NCBI RefSeq assembly: GCF_009914755.1
Contig: NC_060935.1
Length of the DNA stretch: 64,000 bases
Origin: the human T2T-CHM13v2.0 reference genome, Homo sapiens
Reading direction: 5' to 3' (one strand)
The notes beneath the pieces were generated by a model. That model had not been told where the DNA came from. It searched no databases and saw only the letters and a list, made by a program, of their open reading frames with translations. A program made the position numbers and the translations under genes. Positions 41,885 through 55,395 of this stretch are shown piece by piece; the first letter of the stretch is position 1, and every line of letters starts with the position of its first letter.

Positions 41885-42254
41885 AGTGACTTCTGCTTTG
41901 CCAGTGGAGCAATGGCAAACTTGATATAGCAGAGGCATGAAAAAATGCTTGCCCATTTCTACTTCCTCTTTTTTCACCATGACAATAAGCCTGGGGATAG
42001 TCTGCTTAGACGATAAGCTGAGTAATGCAGGATGAGTAGATTCTAGACCAACCAATCCCAGGCAACCCATCCAGTGGCCACAGACACTTGCCTGAGCCAG
42101 CTGAGAACAGTAAAGCCAGCACAGATTAGTAGAAGCACCCAGCTGGCCCATGAACTTGCGAGAACAGTACATCGTTGCTGTTTTAAGCCTTTACACTATA
42201 CACTTTGAGGTAGTTTGTTTTGCAGTAGTATTGTGGCAATGGGCAAGTGATACA
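41885..42254 (+). mobile_element. Old MLT1 (G/H-like) LTR fragment
   Basis: Ends ttgttttgcagtagtattgtggcaatgggcaagtgataca and contains tgctgttttaagcc. Confidence 0.65.
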
Positions 42255-43367
42255 AGTGCCTAGAATTTTCTTTAAGTTGGAACATCTTAAATGTTTCTGG
42301 GTGCCAAGATATCTAAAATGTTGTGCTATTTCCAACAGAGCTTTTTAAAATTGGAACTAGAAAATGTGATTTTCAAATTTAAATGAATGAATAGGAACCA
42401 AAAACATCTGTGAAGAAAAGCAGGCATCAAGGCTCATTAGGAAGCAGTGTGGTACTGGCTCAGGCACACACAACCAATGAAAGCAGAGTGGAAAAGTATA
42501 ATGCAGTGTATTCATAGCAGCCAATATGAACACACTGCAACCAGCAACTCTATGGATGAATCTTAGCAAAATCACACTCAGTGAAAAAGTAAGTCCAGAG
42601 AGATTATCCACAGTGTGATACCCATTTTATACACACAGTTTGCAACAAAATTCTTCAAAAAGGAAAGGAAAGCAATTGTGAGCATGAGAATTCAGGTGCT
42701 GATTGCCTGGGAGGGAGCAAGTAGGTAGATGGGGAAATTATGTGGTGAAACAAAAGTCACCGTAAAACTAGATTTTGTTTTGTGTGACAGGTTTATAAAT
42801 TATTTAATTAGATAAATAACTAAATAATTTAAAATAAACAACTAAGCAAAAGCAGTTCCATACATAGACTAAAAGGAAGTAAAATAATGCTTTGCTAAGT
42901 AAGAAAGCTGAGAAATGTGTTACAATATGCAACATATACTGACTGCCATCAAACTTTTTCCTAATGATCCAGGGTCATTATTCTGTAATGCCATAACAGG
43001 AAAATGCAGCTTGAAAATAGGCTAAGATACAAATGTTCACTGGTCACAGGTGGGGACTATAATTTGCTCTCTTAAAAGAGTCCATATATCTTAGCTATTT
43101 TTTTCTCACACACAAATAATTAAATGAAGCATGTTATTGATGAATTTGCAAACCTCACTGCCTTAATGAACCATTAGCTGTATTTGGCTGTATAAGCAGA
43201 AGCCTTTGGCAAAATACAGGAAGTATATTTGAATTTGCCATTTGAATTTCTCAGTGTTTTTTTTTTTCTTAAATCTACACTAAGTGTGAGGTACACATTT
43301 TCTCTTTCATATCAGTTGTTAGCTAATAGAGACTGTACTTTGGTGATGGCATAATTTTGCTAGTTTT

Positions 43368-43547
43368 TAAATTTTTTAAGTTTATTTTAGAGTTGGGGTC
43401 TTGCTCGGTCACCCAGACTGGAGTGCAGTGGCATGATCATGGCTCACTGCAACCTTGAACTCCTGGGATCAAGCAATCCTCCTACCTCAACCCCAAGTAG
43501 TTAGGACTACAGGTGTGACCCACCATGCCGCCCAGCTAATTTTTATA
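43368..43547 (-). mobile_element. FRAM / AluJ right monomer
   Basis: Single Alu right arm with J-type gcatgatcatggctcactgca. Confidence 0.85.
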
Positions 43548-43798
43548 CCTTAATAACCTTGGTAGATACCTCCTAGTTATCTGCAACCTGTCTCTCTCAC
43601 CAGCGCTGCCATTACCCCTGGTATCTGTCTCTCCCATGCTCACTGCCAGGTATTGTGATTGTCTCTCCTTTCCTAGACAAGCTCCAGAATGATTTCCCCA
43701 GGCCTTATCTGTCTTTATATAAGTAGCGCTGAACACCGGAATTATTGCAAAGGCCTCTTAATGGAACTTCCTCTTATTAGCTCTGCACTCTATGTATC

Positions 43799-44184
43799 TG
43801 ATACGGTTAGGCTTTGTGTCTCCACCCAAATCTCATCTTGAATTGTAATACCCATGATCTCTGTAATCCCTACCTGTCAAGGAAGAGACCAGGTGGAGGT
43901 AACAGAATCATGGGGCTGGTTCCTCCCATGTTATTCTTATAATAGTGAGTGAATTCTCAAGAGATCTGACAGATTTATAAGGGGCTCTTTCCCTATTGCT
44001 CAGCACTTCTCCTTCCTGCTGCCTTGTGAAGAAGGTTCCTTTTTTCCCCCTCACATTCCACCATGATTATGTTTCCTGAAGCCTCCCCAGCCTTGCTGAA
44101 CTGTTAGTTAATTAAACCTCTTTCCTTTATAAATTACCCAGTCTTGGGCAGTTCTTTATAGCAGTATGGAAATGAACTAATGCA
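43799..44184 (+). mobile_element. THE1 MaLR solo LTR
   Basis: tgatacggttaggctttgtgtctccacccaaatctcatcttg...gaactaatgca. TSD gtatc/gcatc. Confidence 0.92.
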
Positions 44185-44575
44185 GCATCTACCATTAAAA
44201 CTGTCCCCAGGGTTGTTTATTATTAGTAGTATTATTATTATCTAATGTGACCATATCACTCTTTAGTTTATGCACCTTCAAATGTCTTTCATTAGAGGAC
44301 AGAGTAGTGTTTCTACACTTGTTGCAGGGGCAGGTCTCAGGGTTTGCAAGTTTCACATGAGAATTTTCTAATTTTGTAATTTCAGTTCTAATTTATCTTT
44401 TAAAAACAATATAAACTTATTGTGACCTATCTAACTCAGCTTTCTGAACCTTGAATCATACCTGAATCTCCCAGGAAGCTTTGAAAAAAAAATCAATCCA
44501 AGGAGGCTCACATCCAGTAACTGTGACACATTCGTTCTGAAAGGCTAGTTAAAACATGTTAAGGTATTTGGACTA

Positions 44576-45027
44576 CAATTGACCCTTGAACAACATAGGT
44601 TTGAAGTACACCAGTCCACTTACACATGGATTTTCTCTGTCTCTGCCACCCTTAAGACAGCAAGACCAAGCCCTTCTCTTTCTTCTCTCTCCTTCTCCTT
44701 CCTCAGCATATTCAACGTGAGGATGAGGAGGATGAAGACCTTTATTATGATCCACTTCTACTTAACAATAGTAAATATATTTTCTCTTCATTATGGAATT
44801 CTTAATAACATTTTCTCTTCTCTAGCTGACTTTACAGTAAAAATACAATATACAATACATATAACATACAATATATGTGTTAATTGACTGTTTATAATAT
44901 CAGTAAGGATTCCAGTCAATAGGAGGCTACTAGTAGTTGAGTTTTGGGGGAGTCAAAAGTTATACATTGATTTCTGAGTGCACGAGGGTTTGGTTCCCCT
45001 AATCCACACACTGTTCAGTGTCACCTG
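44576..45027 (+). mobile_element. Tigger2a (TcMar-Tigger) DNA transposon
   Basis: TA then caattgacccttgaacaac TIR. Ends tgttcagtgtcacctg. Internal Tigger2 text (gaggatgaagacctttattatgatccacttc). Confidence 0.85.
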
Positions 45028-47236
45028 CATTCTCTACACAGTGGATTGCTGGAGAAAAATTTTTAAGAAAGGAAAAAGACAAGGGTAGATCTCAATGTGA
45101 AAAAGCACTCACAATACCTCTGTAGACGACATGACTGGTGACAAGCCTGGAGACAGGGAGGTCAAGAAGATACTAAGGTCAACCAGGGTAGAGATGAAGA
45201 AGGAAGGATGTAAGGCAGCAGTGTAAGTAGAAATAGAGAGCAAATTCTGGAAGAGAAAGATGTTTAGGAGTTAAGGAAATAAGAGTTAGAAGGACATTGG
45301 CTTGGGCAACTGGTGGTGTCATCTCTCCTCAAAAAGAACAGCAGGATAAGTGGGGACAGGGAGAGGTAAATGGGGATTTGTGAAGTACATAAAAGAAAAT
45401 GAGTTCAATGCTCAGTGCAGGTTTTTGATATGGCTGCAGAATATCCCTGTACAGAAGTCCAAAAGAGAATTAGCATTAAACATGTACAGAGGAAGAAAAT
45501 TTTACTTCAGGTATGCAAAGTTGTGCAAAATATTGTAGCATTTTTACTTCTCTGTAACTGATCTAGATTTCCTCATGATCCTCCATCCCAAAGCATAGCA
45601 CAGAAAAAAAAAACTATCTTGTAAATTAAACATATTTTAGTGTTTTGGGTGAGAATGTTATTTTGTTCTAATCAATCTATTATAGGTAAATATTCAATTA
45701 ATTCAAACTTCAGATTCTCCAACAATAGTTTTGTGTTGCTATTTTTTTCACCCTTTCCCTTCTCCTTCAAAAAATCATCTGAAGGGGAAAATGTACAGAC
45801 CTCAGCAGGTGAGCTAGGGCGTGATCCATGCTGCCCTATGGTCTCTCCAGACATGTCCCAAGTCCGCTCTTGTCTCAGAGCACTGGGCACAGGAAATATG
45901 CTGGTTATGCCACTGGTCCTCAGCGGCCTTTGATGTAGGTTTGCATCTGCCACTGTGCACCTCAGACCTTGCCATTGTCTCTCAAATGCCTCATTCTCAG
46001 TGTCCTCTATTGACCACAGGTCTGCACTCATCAGCCAGTCCATAAAACACTTCTTTGGATCCATGGCTGTTGGGTGGGTTAAGGGTTGTGTAATGGGAAA
46101 CTTCTCCATTAAATGCATGTCACATGTGCACCATACAACAGCGGCATTAACTCAGGCTGGTTACATGGACATCTTCCATGAGTGCTTCCCTACTGTTTTT
46201 GAGGCATGCTGGACAGGGTCTCTATATACACCCATCAACACTATGTCTAAGGAAACCAGCCACTAGCTACCATCTTCTCAGATTTATCCTTTTCTACTGC
46301 AGGCTACGTCTTATCTGACAGTTTCCCCTACTTCCTCTTTCTTACTGACTCCCTTACCCTACCACTCTCTCCCTCTTTCCTTGATTCAGGCTTTCTTTTA
46401 ATGACACGTTATATCTCATAGGGGCTCACCCATATTTGCCTCCTTATATTTTTTCGGATAATTTATTATGTGTTTCATGTGATTTAGTTCCTTAACCTGA
46501 AAAATCCAATAAAATCTCATCCAAAAATGCTTATGAGTACATTAATTTCAGCCAGTCAGTATGAAATTCCTGTTAATTTTGGAAGTGGTATATCAAAATA
46601 TGATCTCATTTTAATGTTAGTTATATTTTTACCTAAAATGGTCTTTATAGTAATTATTCTCATTCTATAAAGTATTTAATGTTTAGGCATTCAGCTATTT
46701 ACCAATGAGGGAAGAAAGATTATACCATATTATTTATTTACTTTATATACTTTATATATGTATCCTAAATATATGCAAGATTTAACATTGTGTAGGCTTA
46801 CCTGTATTAAAGAAAGCCTCCACTTAGCAATTGGGTAGGTTAACAAATGTAGTTTTCCTTGTGATGCATCTTAAGGTCTACTGTGAATATTGCTTTAAAA
46901 TATAACTGGTTAAATTGTTATTTTCACATTAGCAGAGTGATTTAATTTTTGTCAATTCTGACAATATCAGAAACAGATTTGAAAATCTGAGAAAAACATA
47001 TTTGGTGAATTCAAACAAAGTAGACATGTTAGCTACTCTGAATGATTCAGGCTCCACTACCAAGGCAGGTAAAAAAAAGAGTCTGTCACAGTATCTTAAT
47101 CACCTCACCACAACATGTAGGTGATAGTATTTACTCAAGAAAGACTTATGAAAATGCAATAAGCCTCCTCTCCACCTCCCTTTTAAAATTATCAGGTTCT
47201 TACCCTGAATTTTTTTAACACATATGCTAATTCTAG

Positions 47237-47564
<328 letters not shown>

Positions 47565-48481
47565 AGAGCTACTTTCAATCTCTATTGGCAATGCCTTTTA
47601 CAAATGTTCTGTCTAGTTTTACCAATACATCTATAGTGATACAGAATAGGTGAAAAATTAATCTTTGCATAGATATATATATATAAAACCACATCCATGA
47701 ATGAATTATTAATGGTAAAGATATAAAGAAGGCTGAAAATATGATTTAATGGCATTTATGCATACTATAAACTTACATTTCTGAGCAGAGCAATGAAACT
47801 CTATAAATTTATACGTTTTGTACATGCTCTGAATTCTATGCCATGCTCTTTGAATTAAAAGATAATGGTGCTGACGGTATTATTGTCTATGCATACCAAT
47901 GTGGCTGAAAATCCCTATGAGTTACTCTTAGTCTTCCCCACTAATTCTACACTAACTGGGACTAAATGAAGTGAAAAGAGGATTGGTACAGTGTGTCCTC
48001 TACAGAGAGAAAAAAGAGGGCTTTTTATGTCTGAGTCATTAAAATCTGTTGTTAGCACTGCCCTGATCTAAAGGCAGAACTTTCAAAGACTGTAATTCAT
48101 TATCTCTTTGGTCTTTTAACACTGCAGTCTTTCATTAATCCCAACAGGTGAATAATATGTTATAATATATGTGATTATCAACAGTAAATAAATGATGCTA
48201 AGAAAAAAAATAAAACCTCCTAGTAGTATCAACCAATATCAGATTTCGACTAGAGACCAGAAATTCAAGTACTTTAAATATCATATGATTCTTTCTAGAA
48301 AACAAATAGATTATGGTTTCATTTTGGTTAATATGCAAAATATACCAGCACAGGGTCTAAAATGTCTGACAACTGGGCTGAATTGGAGAGATTTGACATT
48401 CGCTGCATATCAGTTTCAGTGCTGGAACATTTATTCCTTCCATATTGGTATCACAATATTTTATGCATATACTCTGGCGTA

Positions 48482-49101
48482 TGTTGGAGGAGCCACCATC
48501 CATTGTGTGCCGCCATCATGATCCTTGCTTACTTCTGTTGTGTAGCACCCTTATGCTTTGGTAACCTGTATAACCTGTTTGGTAAACTTTTGGTAACATG
48601 TATGGTAACCTTCAATGAATAGTGAATAAGTTGAAAGTGTGTGACTTCTGAGAATATGCCATAAAATACATTGCAGTTTCCACCCTAGCCTCATGAATTG
48701 CTCGCTCTGGTTGGAAACCAGCTGCCATGTCATGAGGACACTCAAGCAACCCTGAGGAGAAGACCATATGGGGAAAAACAGAGGCCTCCAGTCAATAATC
48801 AGTACCATCCTGCCAGCTATATGACTGAGTAAATGTGGAAACAGATCCTCCAGCTTCAGTTAAATCTGTGGACAACTGCAGCTCTAGCTGACATCTTAAC
48901 TGCTATTTCATAAAACAATTAGTAGAGTCAGAACTGTCCAGCTAAGCCATCCTACATTCCTGACCTACAAAAACTAAGAGATTATATATGTTTATTTTTG
49001 TTTTTTTTTAACTTCTTTCAGTAAATACCAAATGAGAGTCTAGTTTTCTTAAGCTACTAACGTTTAGGGTATTTTGTTATATGCAATAGATAAATAATAT
49101 G
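48482..49101 (+). mobile_element. MLT1F-like MaLR LTR
   Basis: ccagctgccatgtcatgaggacactcaagca, acagatcctccagc, and end ttgttatatgcaatagataaataata. The 5' boundary is uncertain. Confidence 0.75.
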
Positions 49102-50502
49102 AAGGGGATACTGATACAGTAAATTATTTCTTACTTTTTTATGAAATATCTCAAGGCAATACCTGAAAAGATTTATGCATAATCCTAAAAAGAAGCTGAT
49201 AGAGTTGCATTTTCAGGCTCTTATTGATAGAAAATGGGTTGTTAATCTTCTTGGTAAGAGGTGAAGTTGCTTATTTTATGTTACAAACTGAAATATTTTC
49301 TGAATCATCTTTCAGTTTGTTTTTTAATGTCTTGAAAAATAAGTCATCAAAAGCTATTTTTCTTTCACCAAGAAACCCATAATGTCTATCAACTCTAAAT
49401 GAGCTAAGAGCCACATAGTCTCTATGATCAACTGTCTTCATCAAACTATATAACTTTGTATTTATTATAGTAATTTGATATAAACAGTCAAAAACAGTTC
49501 AATTCTGCAATTACAGCTGTTGATAAGAATATTCAGCTATGAAAAATCTGCAAAATAAACCAAGTTTATGAGAACAATAAGATCAGCCATTTTTCCAGGT
49601 CATTGCCTTTGACATGATATCCAGTATTTTCCATTTTATGGAAAAACAATAATTCAAAACCACGTTTAAGCATTTTAACCCTCTTTCTTGCTCCAACATC
49701 TATATTCATAGAATAAGTTTTTGAACTCCTCTTGCAATTCACAAAACATTTGTCTAAAATGATAGGTATCTGAACCAGCTGATTTTATAAAACATTTGTA
49801 TTTTTAATCATCCCATAGAAAATACTGAGAGAATTCTGGCTAAATTATTTAAAGCAGGAGATTTTTAATAAATAATGGACTTGGTGTAGGAGATTGAGCT
49901 CCCAAAGTTTTGTTCTTTATAGAGGTGCCAGTTATTGCCAATTTCTTCCCAGTTGCTTGTCAACAGGCAATATGAAGTTTACTATATTTTTGTTGATGTC
50001 CATATACATACATACATATATATATATGAAAAACAAAGTCCATTAAAGTGATAACTTTGACATCACCCAAGTCATATAGATATATGGGCAAGAACTCAAG
50101 CTCTCAACAAGTTGCTTAGGTGTATATTTTCTGATGGTATTAGATAAGGGTGCCTTTCGCTCTGAGTGGCTACTCCTTCTTGATGCAGAAGAATTTCATT
50201 ATTTCCCATGGGTTTCATCAAATTTTCTTCCATTATGTGAACCTCACTTTCAAAGGTCACTTTGAAATTGGCCTTGAAGAAAGCTACAAGAAAGATACCA
50301 TTTTCTAAGTTTGGTTGTATTTTTCCACTATATAGGTTATAGTCATGATTTTTTTCTTTATAGTTGGCAAAAATTTTTGCAAATTGTGTTCAAAATTTGC
50401 ATGACTGGATTTTTAGTTCACTCATTTCAAAGATTACTTCAAAAGACTAAGGCTTAGGCTTACTTGTATCATGACCATAGTTAATTAAAACACATAAATA
50501 AA

Positions 50503-50795
<293 letters not shown>

Positions 50796-51721
50796 ACAAA
50801 TAAGTTTTAAGAACATCCTATCCTGTCTCTTACCACCACTATACTAGCTGTGGCCAAAGTACGGTCACCATCTTCCTTAATGTCAGGTTTACTGCGAAAA
50901 TCTTCAAAATCTTCTTTTTGTTAGTCATGACCCCATATATTTTAGGTTGCTATAAACCACACACATAATGCATTGGTTTCATAACACATTGGTTTCATTT
51001 TGTTGCTAGTAGAAAATAAAATTTAAATCCATGAAATTGTTTAAAGTTATATATAGAATGCAATAAATATTACAAATACATCTCAGAATCTTGGTCATTT
51101 TCTAACTAACTGCAGGGAGAAGTGGAAAAAACAGTAGATGGTGGCTTACAAACAAAACTTTGATCCGCCCAAAGGTGGGAAAAAGCTAAAATGATATGTG
51201 GGAGCAATATTTTTAATATAAAGTTTAAAGAACCCGGCTTATAAGTGACAAAAACATTTAAAACTCTGTGAAGTTTTCTGAGGACATCATAAGAAATGAC
51301 ACATTCCACAATAGGAGGAAGTCTTCAGTATTTTTTATTCCTTTTTGGACCACTGATTACTCTATAGCTAGTGCTAGTATCACTGGATTTCTTCACAACA
51401 CAAAAGTATCAAATGTTCCCATTACTAATTGCACAGAAAATGTCTCTATTCTCTAAACTTTTAAAACGACCAACAAAAAAATTCTATTGTCCCAATACAA
51501 AAATAAACTGGATTATCTTGATCTAATTAGCCCATGATAATCTTGGAAGACTGAAAAAAATCTTAAAATGTATCCTCAGACTTCTAGCAGAACACTGATA
51601 GTGAAGGAAGATGCATCATAATGTTCTAAACTTAATGTATTTGCTGATATATTTCCACACTGGCAAGTCGGTGCATCCCATTTTGAGAAGAATGAGTGTA
51701 AAATAATCTGGTGTCTTCTAG

Positions 51722-51795
51722 GCAGCATTGCCAGATAGACAGAACACCCAGTTAAATTTGAATATCACATTATAAACAATACAAAAGTATATTGT
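51722..51795. mobile_element. MER53 fragment
   Basis: ttgccagata...cacccagttaaatttgaat matches one MER53 arm. Confidence 0.6.
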
Positions 51796-52420
51796 CAATA
51801 CTGAAGGTGCTAAAAAGTTTAAAATCCCATGTACAGGTTATGAAAAGCAGCCAAGTAACTGTAAACTGATTGACCAACTCCTTTATAGATTTAAAGTTGC
51901 CTGTGAGTTACCATGCACTTTGATGTGATGTTGAGGAACAATATGTACGGATTAGTGCATTTGCTCAACAAATGTGGATTCAGCTCTTGCAACATCTCAA
52001 GTATGCTTCTATGCATTGGGGAACCACAGTGAATGGACAGAGAAGATGCCTGCACTTATGGAACTCCCAGCCTAGCTCACAGGTAACTCACAAATAGAGA
52101 AACAAGAAATATTAGCTGGTGGGAAGTGTTAGGGTGAAAACCAAACAGTAGAGAACATAGAGCATGACCAGGAAACTGCTTCATCCTGCATGGTCAGGAA
52201 AGCTCCTGAAGGAAATGCTGCTGAAACTGAGATGACATGATGGGACAGAATCAGCCTTAAAGAGATCTGGGGACAATATTTCCAGGAAGAAGAAAGGGCT
52301 GGTATAAATGGCCTGAGCTCAGTATGTTGAAGAAACAGAAGAGAGAAAAGTGCAGTGGAAATGTAATTAGCAGAGGGAAGAAAAGCCTGAAAGGCATGCA
52401 GGTGGTAGATTTATGTGGGG

Positions 52421-53830
52421 CAACATTTCTCAAGCATTTTGTTCTCTAGGATCTTTACACGCTCTTTTTTTAAAAATTAAATTATATATATATAAATATA
52501 CATATATAATATATAATATACAACCAAATTTTGTAATTATATAAATTATGATAAAATAATTATATAGTGTATAATTTTATAATTAATAAAGTATACATAT
52601 ATAATACAGATATATGTAATATATTATAGTTTATATATTAATTATAAAATTATACATAAAATAATATAAAATATATATTTTATAAGTATTATAAAATATA
52701 AATATAAAATATATGTAATGTATATATTTTAAAATATAATATATAAAAATATATAATGAATATAAAACATGTAATACAATGTATATATTTATCATATATA
52801 TGAATTACATATACATATATCACATATAAATAAATAAAAATAAAAATATATATAGTGTGCCCTTACCCCAACTTCCCCCAATGATAATATCTTACATAAC
52901 CATAGTATATTTCAAAACAAAAAAAATTAATTTTGGTACAATACAACTTAGATACAGACCTTATTCAGATTTTATCAGTTTGTACTTTTTTTATATATAT
53001 TAAATTTTATCACATGTGTAGAATTGTGTCACCCCATCACCATTGTTACAGCACTATTCTGTCACCACAAAGAAACCCCCTTGTGTTATATTTTAATAGC
53101 CATACCTTTCATCCAATTTTAACCTCTGGTAACCACTGATGGGTTCTCTATAATTTTCTCACTTTGAAAATGTTATATGAATGCTATATTGTTATATAAG
53201 TAGGCTGCTTTTTATCTCCCCTCAGCTAAACGTCCTTGAGGTCTATCCAAGTTGCTGGTGGATTAATAGTTATTCCTCTTGAATTGCTGAGCAGAATCCC
53301 AGGTATGAATGTACCAGTTTGTTTACCCATTCATTCACTGAACGACATTTCTGTTCCCTTTACACTCCTAAATATTGATGACTCCAAGTCGCTTCTGTTT
53401 AAATGTATTATATAGACATTTTCCACGTTAGAAATTCAAACAAAGGCATGTATTTACTTATTTATTCACTTAGAAATAGCAATAACAAACCCATTGCATG
53501 TTAATAGAAATAACATAATTTTATGAAAAATACTGATATTTTCAAAATGAAAGAAGGTAAAAAGAGGGGCATTGTTTTACATTTTTGCACATCTTTTCAA
53601 TGTCCAGCTTAATAGAAAACTTCTGGTTCTCATATCTCCTTCTGCATTCAATGTGTTGGGATAGTGCATGTTGCATTATCTCTAGGAAAGCCCTCTGCGC
53701 ACACATGGGAGAGTGAGAGAGAAAAAGTCAATAAAGTCTTTATATTATGATGAAAAGTGTTTAGATCTATTGGACCACGATAAAGTTCTCAAGGACTCCC
53801 AGGAATTCTTGTGTCACTGCGATTCACTGA
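52421..53830 (+). mobile_element. MER119-like hAT-Charlie element interrupted by an L1
   Basis: caacatttctcaagcattttgttctctaggatctttacac, resuming as ccctttacactcctaaatattgatgactccaa at 53356. Confidence 0.7.
52465..53352 (-). mobile_element. L1MB/MC 3' fragment with an expanded AT-rich tract (52476-52855)
   Basis: Poly-T and long (TA)-rich low complexity, then cccaacttcccccaatgataatatcttacataaccatagta. Flanked by ctttacac(g)ctc repeats. Confidence 0.75.
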
Positions 53831-54896
53831 GTTAGGGGTTTGGACGATAAAGAGGTTGGATTTTAAGGGGAAGGAAGCCCACTGTGGAATTTTAAGCCGA
53901 AAGTGACATGCCTTTACTACCTTTTGAAAGATCGCGCCTCTGACTTCTATGTGTGTAATGAATATCTAAGGTGGCTAGTGACAGCAAAAGAGGTCTCCCC
54001 TGGCAAGAGACTGTGGTGGTTTGGACTAGAGGAGTAGCAGCAAAAACAGCAATGATGTAGTACATCTTTAGTGAGTAGAGTCTATAAGTCTTGCTGATTG
54101 AAGAAGATGTGGGAGATGAGAAGGAAAGAGGGAAAACTGGGCTAATTTACATATTTTCTACCTGAGCACTCACTCGTCTATGTAAAAAGCCTGGAGGAAC
54201 AGCATGTTTTAGGATGAATTTTGCAAAAAAGAAGAAAGTGTGTGCATTTAATGGGACATACAAGTTTTTTTTCCCCAGCTTCTTCCAAAGCTGCTATTAA
54301 ATTGATGGTACATCTTATAATCAATGATATCTTATATTTAAGAGACTACATTTCTTCTCTATTCCAATATAGCCTAAAAACAGATTAGCACTAAGTATAG
54401 ATTTTAAAGGCAGTTTTATAACCAGGAATGTACAAATGTTTAATGATTCCATTTTTCCTCTCCATGTTGCTGCTACCTTAGTTAGAAATAAACATAGTCT
54501 CAATATCACCCGGTTCAGACCAAAGGATATTAACTTTAGATAAACGTATCACCCAAACATTGTCACAATACTTTTTTCCCAGGTCCTCATCTTGCTCAAT
54601 TCCCTTAGAGCATAATACATAAACAAAATTATTTTACTGAAGTGAAAACCGAGGCAAATGTTTAAACTCTGATGTAAATAGAGATGGCTCAGTATCAGCA
54701 ACAGATAATCAGTGTCCCCTGTGTGCCAAATAATGTCCTTATTACAGATTCCAAGCTGCAGGAAAATTAGAGTCTACGTCTTTCAAGAATAAATTATAAA
54801 CATCGTTAGAATCAGTGGTCTTTAGCTTACAATGCACTGTCCATAACTCAGTTGATTGAAAGAAAGAACAGTTCCCTCTTGTACCTAGGCTCTTAG

Positions 54897-55395
<499 letters not shown>

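Larger units (their letters stand above)
51950..54170 (-). mobile_element. L2 fragment split by MER119 and L1
   Basis: L2-like text at 51950-52420 resumes at ~53830-54170. Confidence 0.55.
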
